Assembly: GCA_963667845.2 (NCBI GenBank)
Contig: CAXXVL010000002.1
Coordinates: forward strand, 1,984,001-2,048,000
Direction: 5' to 3'
DNA length: 64,000 nucleotides
DNA from: Smithellaceae bacterium
Lineage (GTDB): Bacteria; Desulfobacterota; Syntrophia; Syntrophales; Smithellaceae
Position 1 is the stretch's first letter. Each line of letters opens with the position of its first letter. The position numbers and the translations under genes were made by a program. Below are positions 31,877 through 41,691 of this stretch, in pieces. The notes beneath the pieces are model-generated. The model was not told the origin of the DNA and did no database searches. It was given only the letters and a program-made list of their open reading frames with translations.

Positions 31877-32031
31877 CTACCGGTCTTTCTTGGGTACCAT
31901 CAACTGCGGTGTCTGTTCATTGTTGTACTGTTTCCGGGCAAGCTTTGCACTTCGGGTTTGGTATAGCCGAACGGATCATCCATCTCAGGGGACCCGTCCG
32001 GTTTGATGACATCTTCATTTATGATTCCTTT
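31877..32031 (-). pseudogene. 3'-terminal remnant of a fourth caspase gene
   Basis: Translates to KGIINEDVIKPDGSPEMDDPFGYTKPEVQS/(frameshift)/ARKQYNNEQTPQLMVPKKDR*, matching the C-termini of the 27581 and 28959 genes. Confidence 0.85.
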
Positions 32032-32099
32032 GTTCTTCACCACTGGATCATTGCGGCTGTTGCCTGATTGCGAATCCATACGGATGACCGGAGAGCTGA

Positions 32100-32867
32100 T
32101 CAGCCGGCAGTCTTTTTGCGGATCATTTCCCTGCAGAGCTCCAGATAGTCTTCCGCGCCGTGGCTTTTCGGGGCATACTCAAAAATGGACTGGCCGAAAC
32201 TGGGGGCTTCGGCGACGGCAATGTTTTCACGGATGACGGCTTTGAATACTTTCGTGCCGAAACGTTCGCGAACCTTATCCATGATGGCGTTATTGAGCCT
32301 TTTTCGGGAATCGTAGCGCGTGGGAATGATCCGGTACGTCGGTGCGTCTTTGTTGAATTTCTCTTTGACTTCCTCAATGAGCGTCAGAAGCCGGCTCATC
32401 CCTTTGAGGGCGAGAAATTCCATTTGCAGCGGAATATAAACTTCCCGGCAGGCAACGAGCGCATTGATGGTCAGGAGTCCCGCCGCGGGCGGGCAATCGA
32501 TGATGACGTAATGGACGTCGGAAACAGCCGATAACCTGTTTTTCAAAATCATTTCTTTTTTGGGCATCGCGGTCATTTCCGTCTCCAGCCGAGCCAGATC
32601 CAGGTTGGCGGGCAATACTTTCATGCCGTTGATTTCCAGAACGGCCGAGGCCAAAGGCACGGTTCCCTTCATGACCGAATAGATCGTCCCCTGCAAATGA
32701 TGGGCGTCCAGACCCAGCGAATAGGTCAGATGCGCCTGCGGATCGAAATCGATCACGAGGACTTTTCGTTTGAGCAGGGTCAGCCCCACGGCGATATTGA
32801 GCGCGCACGTTGTTTTGCCGACGCCACCTTTCTGATTGCAGAAAGCGATAATATCGGGACCGGGCAT
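32100..32867 (-). CDS. ParA/Soj family ATPase (no parB in the window)
   Basis: NQKGGVGKTT, IDFDPQ, IIDCPP, AEAPSFG. Confidence 0.92.
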   Translation of the reverse strand: MPGPDIIAFCNQKGGVGKTTCALNIAVGLTLLKRKVLVIDFDPQAHLTYSLGLDAHHLQGTIYSVMKGTVPLASAVLEINGMKVLPANLDLARLETEMTAMPKKEMILKNRLSAVSDVHYVIIDCPPAAGLLTINALVACREVYIPLQMEFLALKGMSRLLTLIEEVKEKFNKDAPTYRIIPTRYDSRKRLNNAIMDKVRERFGTKVFKAVIRENIAVAEAPSFGQSIFEYAPKSHGAEDYLELCREMIRKKTAG

Positions 32868-32888
32868 GATGATATCTCCTGGGGTTAT

Positions 32889-33752
32889 TTATCCGGCCAC
32901 TCCGGCGATAAAGGTTTTGATGATCGTGGTGATCTCGGCGGGCTTTTCCATAGGAATCAAATGTCCGGCGCCGGCCACCGATCCGTAACGCCCGCGCGGC
33001 AGCAAAGACACGGCCCGCTTGATGTCGACCAGACCGACATTAGGGCTTTTTTCTCCTTCGATGACGAGGACGGGGCAGGAGATCTCGGGCAAGAGCGGCC
33101 AGGGATCGCGGCTCCAGCCGCCCATGAACATGGCGGCCTCGCTCTCCGGCGTGCACGTGAGCCGCATGTCGCCCGCGGGCATGCGTTCCATGCCGAAGCG
33201 CTTGTAGAGCTCCAGAACATCGCTGTCCCAGTCGGAAAAGAAAGACCGCGACTTCAGATAAGTCATGGCTTCGTCCTCGCTTGCCCAGTAATTGAGTCTT
33301 TTAATGGATTTGGACGCAAGCGGGTGATCTTTGACGTTCGGCGTCAGCTTGTAGAATTCGTCGGGAAGGAAAATCGGCTCGATAAGCACCATGGCGCGAG
33401 GCTGAGGGCCGTGGTCGGCTGCGGCTATCGTTGCCACCGTCGCGCCCATGGAATGACCGACCATCAGCGGGCTGTCAATCTTTTGTGCGCGGCAGAAGGC
33501 GCCCAGATCTGCGGCGATCACGTCCCAGCTCAAGCCGCCTTCATAGGGATCGCACGAGCGATAGTTGCAGACATAAGGCGCCCAGACGGAATACTCGGGA
33601 ACAAATTCGCGGATGATGGGATGCCACAGCCAGGGCAGAAAGCCGGTTGCGTGCACGAAAAGAATCTGCTTCGGGCCGCCCGGGTAATAAAGATAGGGCA
33701 GCTCTGCGCCACCCACGTCCTGCGTCTTTAATTCAGGAATTTCTGTTTTCAT
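32889..33752 (-). CDS. Alpha/beta fold hydrolase
   Basis: FVHATGF, VGHSMGA, GHLIPME. Confidence 0.88.
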   Translation of the reverse strand: MKTEIPELKTQDVGGAELPYLYYPGGPKQILFVHATGFLPWLWHPIIREFVPEYSVWAPYVCNYRSCDPYEGGLSWDVIAADLGAFCRAQKIDSPLMVGHSMGATVATIAAADHGPQPRAMVLIEPIFLPDEFYKLTPNVKDHPLASKSIKRLNYWASEDEAMTYLKSRSFFSDWDSDVLELYKRFGMERMPAGDMRLTCTPESEAAMFMGGWSRDPWPLLPEISCPVLVIEGEKSPNVGLVDIKRAVSLLPRGRYGSVAGAGHLIPMEKPAEITTIIKTFIAGVAG

Positions 33753-33805
33753 AAAAAAGCAATATCAGTTTCAAGTATGAAAAATGTCTAAGGTCCCGGA
33801 TCGGT

Positions 33806-34321
33806 TTACGTGGCCGCTTTGTCGGCTGCCTGCAACTCATCGATGGTAAGAATCCTGTCGATATCCAGCAGGATCTTAATCGATCCGCCCATTTTGGCCA
33901 TTCCCAGAATATATTCGGTATTGAGATTGGTGCCGAACGACGGCGTTGCTTCAATATCGGCGGCTTTAATGTTGAGCACTTCCGACACGGAATCCACCAC
34001 AATGCCCATCAGGATGGTCCGGCCGCGCACGGCTATTTCGACCACGATAATGCAGGTTCTTTCCGTAAATTCGGAAGCGGCAAGTGAAAATTTCAGGCGC
34101 AGATCGATGACGGGAATGACCTTGCCGCGCAGATTAACAACGCCTTTGATGTACTTGGGTGTCTGGGGCACTACGGTAATCGGCATCATGCCGATGATCT
34201 CTTTCACTTTCAGGATACCGATGCCGTATTCTTCTCCGGCGAGATTAAACGTCAGGTATTTGCCTTCTTTATCGGCCATGGCGTTAACCGCCTGACCCAT
34301 GATTACAGTTTCTTCAGCCAT
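33806..34321 (-). CDS. cheW: Chemotaxis adaptor CheW
   Basis: YLTFNL..EEYGI, GVVNLRGKVIPVIDLR, GIVVDSVSEV. Confidence 0.95.
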   Translation of the reverse strand: MAEETVIMGQAVNAMADKEGKYLTFNLAGEEYGIGILKVKEIIGMMPITVVPQTPKYIKGVVNLRGKVIPVIDLRLKFSLAASEFTERTCIIVVEIAVRGRTILMGIVVDSVSEVLNIKAADIEATPSFGTNLNTEYILGMAKMGGSIKILLDIDRILTIDELQAADKAAT

Positions 34322-34407
34322 TACTCGTCTCCTTTTGCCACCTGTTTCTTTGGCTTTTATATCCCGGATAAAATGAAAACCGCTGCGCCTTCACGGCCGG
34401 CCCTCTT

Positions 34408-34956
34408 TCAGAAAACGAAAACGGCAGCGGCGACCACAGTCGTATATGTGTTATCGACGCAAATTTTCGACTGGGTGACATTCAGCGTCCGGACGATCTT
34501 GCCGCTGATTTTAAAAATTTCCTTCTTCTCATCCCAGCTCTCATCCACGTTGAAATCGATGCCCAGCGTGGACGCGAGCATAGCGGCCGCCAGGTCTTCG
34601 GCGTGGTCGCCGGTCTGCTTTTCCGTGAGACCATAAGCGTGATGCTCGCTGATGTAACCGTAGGATGATTTGTCCGCGGGAATCGCACAGCCGACCGACG
34701 AGGAAAGAAGTCTTTTCGGTTCATTGCTGCAGCAGCGGCTCATGACGCAATAGGTGATGGCGCCGGGCACCAGCGACTTCAGCCCCTGCGACTTGGGGAT
34801 CATTTTACAGCCGGGCGGGAAAATGCTGGATACCTGGACCAGGTTGCATTTTTCAATTCCGGCATTCCGTAGGGCGCGCTCAAAGGAATGCAACTCATCC
34901 TTGTGTGTGCCGACTCCTTTGGTGAAAAATATTTTCTTTGGAACAAAACCCTGCAT
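34408..34956 (-). CDS. pdaD: Pyruvoyl-dependent arginine decarboxylase
   Basis: VPKKIFFTKGVG, SFERALRNAGI..CNLVQVSSI (Ser-Ser cleavage site), YGYISEH. Confidence 0.9.
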   Translation of the reverse strand: MQGFVPKKIFFTKGVGTHKDELHSFERALRNAGIEKCNLVQVSSIFPPGCKMIPKSQGLKSLVPGAITYCVMSRCCSNEPKRLLSSSVGCAIPADKSSYGYISEHHAYGLTEKQTGDHAEDLAAAMLASTLGIDFNVDESWDEKKEIFKISGKIVRTLNVTQSKICVDNTYTTVVAAAVFVF

Positions 34957-34966
34957 GGCCGTCTCC

Positions 34967-35069
34967 TTTTAATCCCGCTCACGCGGGACGAGCGTTAATT
35001 CTCCGCAGCTTGCTGCGAAATAATGACATTCATTTCATACCTCGACAGCTTCCCGCGAGGTGGTTGATT
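34967..35069. repeat. Dispersed ~103 bp intergenic repeat, copy 2
   Basis: Matches 23188..23291. Confidence 0.85.
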
Positions 35070-35072
35070 AAA

Positions 35073-35558
35073 TTAATATTCGGTCAGTGTCGACAAGCCG
35101 CGTTCACCCACCAGAATAATCCGGGTATGTGTCAGACGCGTGGCAATGACCTTGGCTGTGGATTGCAGGATCTTAAAACCCAGCTCGCAGTCGTCGGCCA
35201 TGACATCCCGCAACCGGGCGGCGTTAAGCGCAATCAGTTTGGTGTCCTCGATACAACGGGCGCCCAGGGTATAGAGAAACGGTTCCACGACGGCCGACCA
35301 GCCCATGGATTCACCCTTCGTGATCATGTCAACCGTCACTTGCATGGGCGGCTTGCCGGGGCCCATGTAGTTATCCATGAGAAGGGCTATTTTCCCCGCT
35401 TTAAGAAAATACAGGCTGCGGGCTTCATCGCCTACACAATAGAGCTGTGTTCCGGCGGGATAAGTTTCTTCCTTGGCCAGAGCGGCCAGTTTCTTCAGTT
35501 GTTTGCCGTTGAAATTCCGGAAAAACGGAAATTCTTTAAGCGCGGCCATTGTGGTCAT
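35073..35558 (-). CDS. Stand-alone cyclic nucleotide-binding domain protein
   Basis: LKEFPFF, LYCVGDEARSLYFLKAG, GESMGWSA. Confidence 0.8.
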   Translation of the reverse strand: MTTMAALKEFPFFRNFNGKQLKKLAALAKEETYPAGTQLYCVGDEARSLYFLKAGKIALLMDNYMGPGKPPMQVTVDMITKGESMGWSAVVEPFLYTLGARCIEDTKLIALNAARLRDVMADDCELGFKILQSTAKVIATRLTHTRIILVGERGLSTLTEY

Positions 35559-35783
35559 TGTCCGACTCCTTTCACTTAAGAAAAAAATAGTCCGGTGACG
35601 TGTATCAGCTTTCTTTTTCCTATACTACAAAAAATGCATGAACTGCCAAAGTGCACTGTTCGTCAATTTACACGAAATTACTGAGAATGCAAAATAAAAA
35701 CATAAGAGGAACCGCACCCGTTTATCTTGCCTCAATTGCAAAAAAAGACTATATTGGCCGCGACTTTAAATAAGGACAACGCG

Positions 35784-37136
35784 ATGAAGAAAATCGGCTG
35801 TTTGATATTCATAGGATTCCTTTTGCTATCAGGTTGCGTCTCGGCACCGGATACGATTCGGGATGTGCGGGAGCTCAGTCAGGACCATGCGTCTTATTTT
35901 ACCGAAAAGGCGAAAAGCGAAGAACCGCTGTCTTTGGCAAGTCAGGCCCGGATGGATGACGATTATAATATCATTTACTTTTCCGTCTGGCATCAGCGCG
36001 AGCCTTTTCATGCCCGGCCCGACAGAGTCGAACAGGATTTCAAAAAATACATTGTGAAACCGGGCTATGGAGAAAACAAAAAAAAGCATGCGCCTTCCTG
36101 GGCGAAGAAGCTGCAGCATAACGCGGCTCTTAAAACTTACCCGAACACCCTTGCGCGCGGCATCACGATCCGAAACTCGAACCTGAGAGAAATGCCGACC
36201 CTTTCGCCCCACTTTTACATGTCCGACGGCGACGCCTGGGGCTGGCCTTTCGACAATCTGCAGCGTTCTTCCGTCGGGGCCGATACGCCGATTCTGATCT
36301 GCCACGTGAGCGCGGATAAATCCTGGGCGCTCATCGAAACGTCCTTCACGTACGGCTGGATTCCGGTTGAAGATCTGGCTTTTGTGGACAATGAATTTGT
36401 CGCGGCCTGGGAGCGGGGGCGTTATGCGGCGATTACCCGCGATCGCACGTCCATTCTTGATGAGAACGGCCGGTTTCTTGTTCAGGCCTCGATTGGGCAC
36501 ATTTTCCCGTTGATGGAAGCCTCGGCCGATACGCTGCAGGTGGCGGTCGTCGTGGCCGACCGCAACAGGCAGGCGGTGATCCGGCGCGGCTTTGTGTCCG
36601 CGGAAGCCTCAGCGATAAAGCCGCTGCGCATGAACGCCGTCAATGCGGCAAGGATAGCCAATGAAATGATCGGCGAACCCTACGGCTGGGGAGGCCTTTA
36701 CGGCAACCGGGATTGCTCCTCCATGACCCGTGATTTCTTTGCCGTCTTCGGCATCTGGCTGCCGCGCCACTCGGCAGATCAGGTGAAGGAAGCGGGGACA
36801 ACCATTGATTTGAGCGGCCTTTCCCCCGAAGAAAAAGAAAGAATAATCGTGGAAAAGGGGATTCCTTATCTGACGCTGCTTTGGCGCAAAGGGCACGTCA
36901 TGCTGTATATCGGCTCCAAAGACGGCCGCGCGCTCATTTTTCATAACATCTGGGGCATCCGGACAAAAGATATACAGGGACGTGAAGGGCGGAAGATCAT
37001 CGGACAGGCCGTGATAACAACCCTGAAACCCGGGCAGGAGCTGATCGACAGAGATGCATCCGCCGGTACGCTTCTGGACAATATCGCGGCCATGAATATT
37101 CTGCTGCCCGCGGACGGGGAGCCCTCCTCAAAATGA
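35784..37136 (+). CDS. NlpC/P60 family lipoprotein with SH3-like domains
   Basis: Lipobox LSGC; GEPYGWGG...RDCS; GHVMLYIG. Confidence 0.88.
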   Translation: MKKIGCLIFIGFLLLSGCVSAPDTIRDVRELSQDHASYFTEKAKSEEPLSLASQARMDDDYNIIYFSVWHQREPFHARPDRVEQDFKKYIVKPGYGENKKKHAPSWAKKLQHNAALKTYPNTLARGITIRNSNLREMPTLSPHFYMSDGDAWGWPFDNLQRSSVGADTPILICHVSADKSWALIETSFTYGWIPVEDLAFVDNEFVAAWERGRYAAITRDRTSILDENGRFLVQASIGHIFPLMEASADTLQVAVVVADRNRQAVIRRGFVSAEASAIKPLRMNAVNAARIANEMIGEPYGWGGLYGNRDCSSMTRDFFAVFGIWLPRHSADQVKEAGTTIDLSGLSPEEKERIIVEKGIPYLTLLWRKGHVMLYIGSKDGRALIFHNIWGIRTKDIQGREGRKIIGQAVITTLKPGQELIDRDASAGTLLDNIAAMNILLPADGEPSSK

Positions 37137-38053
37137 ACAAATATAAACTTGTTCTGGAATACGACGGCACTAACTACAGCGGATGGCAGGCTCAGAAGAA
37201 CGCCCGGAGTATCCAGGGAACGCTGATCGAGGCCGCCTCGCAATTTCTGAACGTACCGGCCGCTGCCGGTGCGCAATCTAAAGCATACCGCGGCAAGGAA
37301 GATGCGCCGCCGGCGCATCTATCCATACGCCGGGGAGCCGATGACCCCGGGCGGACGGCGACACGCGAAGCCGGTAAAGGCGGGCGAACCAGTTTGCAGT
37401 GGCTGGATATCCAGGGGGCCGGGCGCACGGACGCCGGCGTCCATGCTCTGGGGCAGGTGGCCCATCTGGAGTGTGAACGCAAGCTCAATTGCGAAACGCT
37501 GCGCATCGGGATCAACGATCTTCTTCCCGCCGGCATCAATGTCCTGTCCGTGGAAAACACGCATCCGCGTTTCCATGCGCGCCACTCTGCCAAGAGCCGC
37601 AGCTATCTGTATCTGATTGCCAAACGGCGGACGGCCTTCGGCAAGAAGTACGTCTGGTGGGTCAAAGATAGCCTGCACGCAGGCCGGATGAAGGAGGCGC
37701 TGGCTGTCGTTGAGGGCTTTCATGATTTCGCATCTTTTGCCGATAAGCGCATGGATAAAGACACCTCGACGAAAGTCGATCTGGAAGCCGTCTTACTAAA
37801 AGAGTTCGGCGATATTCTCGCCGTCCGTCTCGTCGGATCACACTTTCTCTGGAAAATGGTGCGGCGGATTGTCGGCCTGGCCGTCGAAGCCGGACGGGGC
37901 AACATCACGGCGCGAGACATCGAGCTTATGCTCCGGACGTACTCCGAAGTGCCGGCGCAACATACTGCGCCGCCCTCGGGCCTCTTTCTGGAGAAAGTTC
38001 TTTACGACGGCGACACGCTGCCGGAAATGCGGACACCGATCTGCCTGTTTTGA
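37133..38053 (+). CDS. truA: tRNA pseudouridine(38-40) synthase with an internal ~45-50 aa insertion
   Basis: EYDGTNYSGWQ, GAGRTDAGVHALGQ, FHAR, FLWKMVR, TAPPSGLFL. Confidence 0.92.
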   Translation: MNKYKLVLEYDGTNYSGWQAQKNARSIQGTLIEAASQFLNVPAAAGAQSKAYRGKEDAPPAHLSIRRGADDPGRTATREAGKGGRTSLQWLDIQGAGRTDAGVHALGQVAHLECERKLNCETLRIGINDLLPAGINVLSVENTHPRFHARHSAKSRSYLYLIAKRRTAFGKKYVWWVKDSLHAGRMKEALAVVEGFHDFASFADKRMDKDTSTKVDLEAVLLKEFGDILAVRLVGSHFLWKMVRRIVGLAVEAGRGNITARDIELMLRTYSEVPAQHTAPPSGLFLEKVLYDGDTLPEMRTPICLF

Positions 38054-38405
38054 AGTCTGCGTTTCCCGCACGGACGGCGAAAGACTCGCAGATAAAAGCC
38101 GATGATTGTTCTCTTCGAGTGCGGACCCTTCAGTGCCTCATCGTAATCAGCAGAATTTCCAAACAATAGGGGCCGGCATCGTAGCCGCGCCCCGAGTGTA
38201 TAGCTCCCTTCCTGATCCGCTCCAACCTCGCGTGGGCGTACTCCTGAAAGCGGGATATCTAACAAAAACGTTCTGATTGAAATCGGTTTCTTCATCACAT
38301 ATAAGTTTGTCCCGCCGCAAAACGATACAAAATTGTTCAAAAATGATCAACGCTTTTTCAGGAAATAGATCAATAATTACAATAACTAACATATGAAATT
38401 CCGAC

Positions 38406-38421
38406 TTGGCATCATCCTTGC
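38406..38421 (+). promoter_or_regulatory. Sigma54 (-24/-12) promoter of the amt-glnK operon
   Basis: TTGGCATCATCCTTGC, exact GG-N10-GC spacing. Confidence 0.8.
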
Positions 38422-38467
38422 CCTAAAGAAAGGCGAATTTAAAAACTTTTCGAAGGAGGCATTGATT

Positions 38468-39700
38468 ATGAATTCGGGAGATACAGCGTGGGTTTTGATG
38501 GCCAGCGCTATGGTCCTTTTGATGACCATTCCGGGACTGGCATTTTTCTATGGAGGACTCGTCAGGCGGAAAAACGTCCTCTCCATTTTGATGCAGTGCT
38601 TTATCATCGTCTGCGTCATTTCTCTGCAGTGGATGCTGTTCGGATATTCGCTGGCTTTCGGGCCGGACTTTCACGGCATCATCGGCAACCTGGACTGGGC
38701 GGGACTCAAAGGCGTGGGAGCGATCCCCAATAAAGAGTATGCCGCAACCATTCCGCATTCGGTCTTTATGATCTTTCAGGCCATGTTCGCCATTATCACA
38801 CCGGCCCTGATCATCGGCGCGTATGCGGAACGGGTTAAGTTTCCCGCCTTTTTGCTCTTTACGCTTCTGTGGGCCACTTTTGTTTACGACCCTCTGGCGC
38901 ACTGGGTCTGGGGGACGGGCGGCTGGCTCAAAGCGATGGGCGCACTGGATTTTGCCGGCGGCATCGTCGTGCATGTAAGCTCGGGTATATCGGCTCTGGT
39001 CCTGGCGTTACTCCTGGGCAAACGAATCGGCTACAATCACAAACCTATTCGTCCGCATAACCTGCCCTTCACCGTTCTGGGTGCGGCTCTCTTATGGTTC
39101 GGCTGGTTCGGCTTTAATGCCGGGAGCGCGTTGGCGGCAGACGGAATTGCCGGGAATGCCTTTGTAACCACCAATACGGCTACAGCGGCCGCGGGTTTGG
39201 CCTGGGCCTTGATTGAATGGTGGCACAATGGAACTCCGACCATTCTGGGTACGGCAACCGGTGCGGTCGCGGGTCTGGTTGCGATTACCCCCGCGTGCGG
39301 TTTTGTCAATCCGATGAATGCCATGTTCATGGGCATCATCGTCGCCTTCGTCTGCTACACAGCCGTGGCCGTCATTAAAGGCAAACTCGGTTACGACGAC
39401 TCTCTGGATGCCTTCGGTGTGCATGGCGTCGGCGGAACAGTCGGCACCCTGCTGACCGGTGTCTTTGCCCAGAAGGCGATGAATCCGGCGGGCGCGGACG
39501 GACTGCTCTTCGGCAATGTTCATCAATTCGGAGTGCAATGCCTGATGCTGGTTGTCGCAGCCGCCTTTGCCGCAATTATGACCTTTGTCATCTTCAAGAT
39601 TGTTGATGCTTTGGTCGGCATGAGAGTCGAAGAGAAAAATGAAATCATAGGCCTCGACCTGACTCAACAGAGCGAAGCGGCTTACACCGTGATTGAATAG
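38468..39700 (+). CDS. amtB: Ammonium transporter (copy 1)
   Basis: MNSGDTAW, FFYGGLVRRKN, DFAGGIVVH, LWFGWFGFNAGS, YDDSLDAFGVHG. Confidence 0.96.
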   Translation: MNSGDTAWVLMASAMVLLMTIPGLAFFYGGLVRRKNVLSILMQCFIIVCVISLQWMLFGYSLAFGPDFHGIIGNLDWAGLKGVGAIPNKEYAATIPHSVFMIFQAMFAIITPALIIGAYAERVKFPAFLLFTLLWATFVYDPLAHWVWGTGGWLKAMGALDFAGGIVVHVSSGISALVLALLLGKRIGYNHKPIRPHNLPFTVLGAALLWFGWFGFNAGSALAADGIAGNAFVTTNTATAAAGLAWALIEWWHNGTPTILGTATGAVAGLVAITPACGFVNPMNAMFMGIIVAFVCYTAVAVIKGKLGYDDSLDAFGVHGVGGTVGTLLTGVFAQKAMNPAGADGLLFGNVHQFGVQCLMLVVAAAFAAIMTFVIFKIVDALVGMRVEEKNEIIGLDLTQQSEAAYTVIE

Positions 39701-39713
39701 GAGGAAAATTATC

Positions 39714-40055
39714 ATGAAATTAGTCATTGCCATCATTCAGCCCCACAAACTGGAGGCTGTCAAAAGAGAGCTGGAAGCAGTGGAAGTCAATTTAATGACC
39801 GTTGCCAACGTGCTGGGTCAGGGCAGACAAAAGGGTGTCACCGAAATTTACCGCGGCGCCAAGGAAGCAGGCGGTCTGCTCAACAAAGTGCGGCTGGACA
39901 TTGCCGTCAATGAAGACTTTGTCCAGCCCACCATCGACGCCATCGTCAAAGGCGCCCATACGGGATCGGTGGGCGACGGCAAGATCTTTGTCGTGGAACT
40001 GGCCGAATGCATCCGCATCAGTTCCGGCGAAAAGGGCGGCTGCGCGATCGGGTGA
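39714..40055 (+). CDS. glnK: P-II family nitrogen regulator
   Basis: GQGRQKG..EIYRG, TGSVGDGKIFV, CIRISSGE; follows amt. Confidence 0.92.
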   Translation: MKLVIAIIQPHKLEAVKRELEAVEVNLMTVANVLGQGRQKGVTEIYRGAKEAGGLLNKVRLDIAVNEDFVQPTIDAIVKGAHTGSVGDGKIFVVELAECIRISSGEKGGCAIG

Positions 40056-40064
40056 GGTGCCGTC

Positions 40065-40292
40065 ATGAACAGTTTTAAACCGGATACCGGAAAAGACGTT
40101 TTGAAGCGCTGCGTTGTTGACTGCGAAAAAATGGTGATCATGCACACGTTGATCAAAGCGAAGGGCGATCAATCACAGGCCGCGGAGCTTTTGGGGACGA
40201 CGAGAAGAATCCTGGCCCATAAGGTTCAAAAATACGGCATTGATTGCGACGAACTCAAATCGAAATCAAATATTACGATAACGGAGGAATAA
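40065..40292 (+). CDS. Stand-alone Fis-type (HTH_8-like) helix-turn-helix protein
   Basis: EKMVIMHTLIKAKGDQSQAAELLGTTRRILAHKVQKYGI; GAGG RBS. Confidence 0.75.
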   Translation: MNSFKPDTGKDVLKRCVVDCEKMVIMHTLIKAKGDQSQAAELLGTTRRILAHKVQKYGIDCDELKSKSNITITEE

Positions 40293-40296
40293 GGTT

Positions 40297-41202
40297 ATGA
40301 GATCCAAAATGAAACAAATAGTTGCGGCGGTTGTGCTTACGCTCACGATTGCCGCCTTGCCGGTGCTAGCCGGGGCTGAAGAACCCAAGACAGCCCCTGA
40401 TTCAACGCCTGCAGTGAAGCAGGCCGCACCGGAACAGAAACCGGAGGATAAGGCGACCGGCGAGGTGGCGGCCAGTGTTTTGAGCGCCTATATCTGGCGC
40501 GGCCAGGAGATGAGCCGCCACAGCGTTGTGATTCAACCCTCGCTGACGGCAAGCTACAAGGGATTCTCGGCCAATGTCTGGGGAAACCTGGATACCCGGC
40601 CCTATGCAGCGGGGAGCGAATCCTATTCATCCAATTTCAATGAAACGGACGTTACGCTTTCCTATTCCCGTAAGTTCGGGATTGTGCAGGCAAGCGCCGG
40701 CTACATCTATTACTCCCTGAGTGCTTTGGCGCCGGGGGGAGTTGATCCGCAAGATGCGCAGGAGTTATTCGTTTCGGTGGGACTGGATACGATCCTGCAG
40801 CCGACGCTGACGGTTTATAAGGAAATCAGTCACTACCATCAATGGTATGCAACGCTCGGCGTTTCCCACACGTTTGCCCTGCATGAAAAAGTCGGGTTGA
40901 AGCTGGCGGCCACGGCAAGTTATCTGAAAAGTGAAGATGAAACAACGTATCCGAAATTTGACGGCAATTCACTGGCGACAACGGATAAATTCAATAATTT
41001 CCACGACGGGACCTTTTCCATTTCTCTGCCCGTTTCGGTGACCAAGAACATTACGGTCACACCGCTTGTAACGTACGTCTTTCCTCTGTCCGACGACGCG
41101 AAGAATGAGATGAGAGCGCGTGGTTTGCAGGGGTCCGCAGTGCCCTCCGACAGGGACAGTACATATCTGTATGGCGGAGTAACGCTGAGCTTTACGTTTT
41201 AG
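40297..41202 (+). CDS. Putative outer-membrane beta-barrel (TorF-like)
   Basis: Signal peptide; SAYIWRG; alternating beta pattern; terminal Phe; amt-glnK context. Confidence 0.7.
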   Translation: MRSKMKQIVAAVVLTLTIAALPVLAGAEEPKTAPDSTPAVKQAAPEQKPEDKATGEVAASVLSAYIWRGQEMSRHSVVIQPSLTASYKGFSANVWGNLDTRPYAAGSESYSSNFNETDVTLSYSRKFGIVQASAGYIYYSLSALAPGGVDPQDAQELFVSVGLDTILQPTLTVYKEISHYHQWYATLGVSHTFALHEKVGLKLAATASYLKSEDETTYPKFDGNSLATTDKFNNFHDGTFSISLPVSVTKNITVTPLVTYVFPLSDDAKNEMRARGLQGSAVPSDRDSTYLYGGVTLSFTF

Positions 41203-41302
41203 CTTGTAATAACGGAATCAACGCCGCTGCCGAAATTCCGGGAAATGTCGTTTATCGGCGAGAATTCGCTGATGTATTTTTAGTTCCCCTTCCTCCCCTT
41301 AA

Positions 41303-41350
41303 CAGCGGGAAAAGCATGGATGATGCGATCCGTGGCTTTTCCCGCTTTCT
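41303..41350 (+). terminator. Long stem-loop after the amt operon
   Basis: AGCGGGAAAAGCATGGAT-loop-ATCCGTGGCTTTTCCCGCT. Confidence 0.6.
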
Positions 41351-41691
41351 CCCGCATCAGGCAGCAACAGGCAGCAAACTGGCTCGCCCCGCATAATTCA
41401 TTGTCCCCGCATTCAAATATGATCCGGTGTTGTGACCCTCAGCGCCTCAGCGTCCGCCGGCGCGCAGGGAGTCCCGCCGCATTGATTTATGCGGTATTAA
41501 CGGACCGCTCGAGAAAAAGGTTGTATATTTTTGGAGATGTCAGACCGCTCGGCGAAGTGCCCTGCAAATTTTACTTTCTGTTCATCAGCAAAAAGGCTTG
41601 ACTGTAAAGAGCGGGCAAACAATAATCAGCGGGCCTGCTGGGGTTTCTTTTTAAAGGGCCTTGACCTTTAGCGATCTCAGCAGCAAATTAC

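Noticed and set aside
32100..32867. ParA as a sign of a plasmid or prophage
   Set aside because: No parB, rep or phage genes nearby; an orphan ParA near cheW is ordinary
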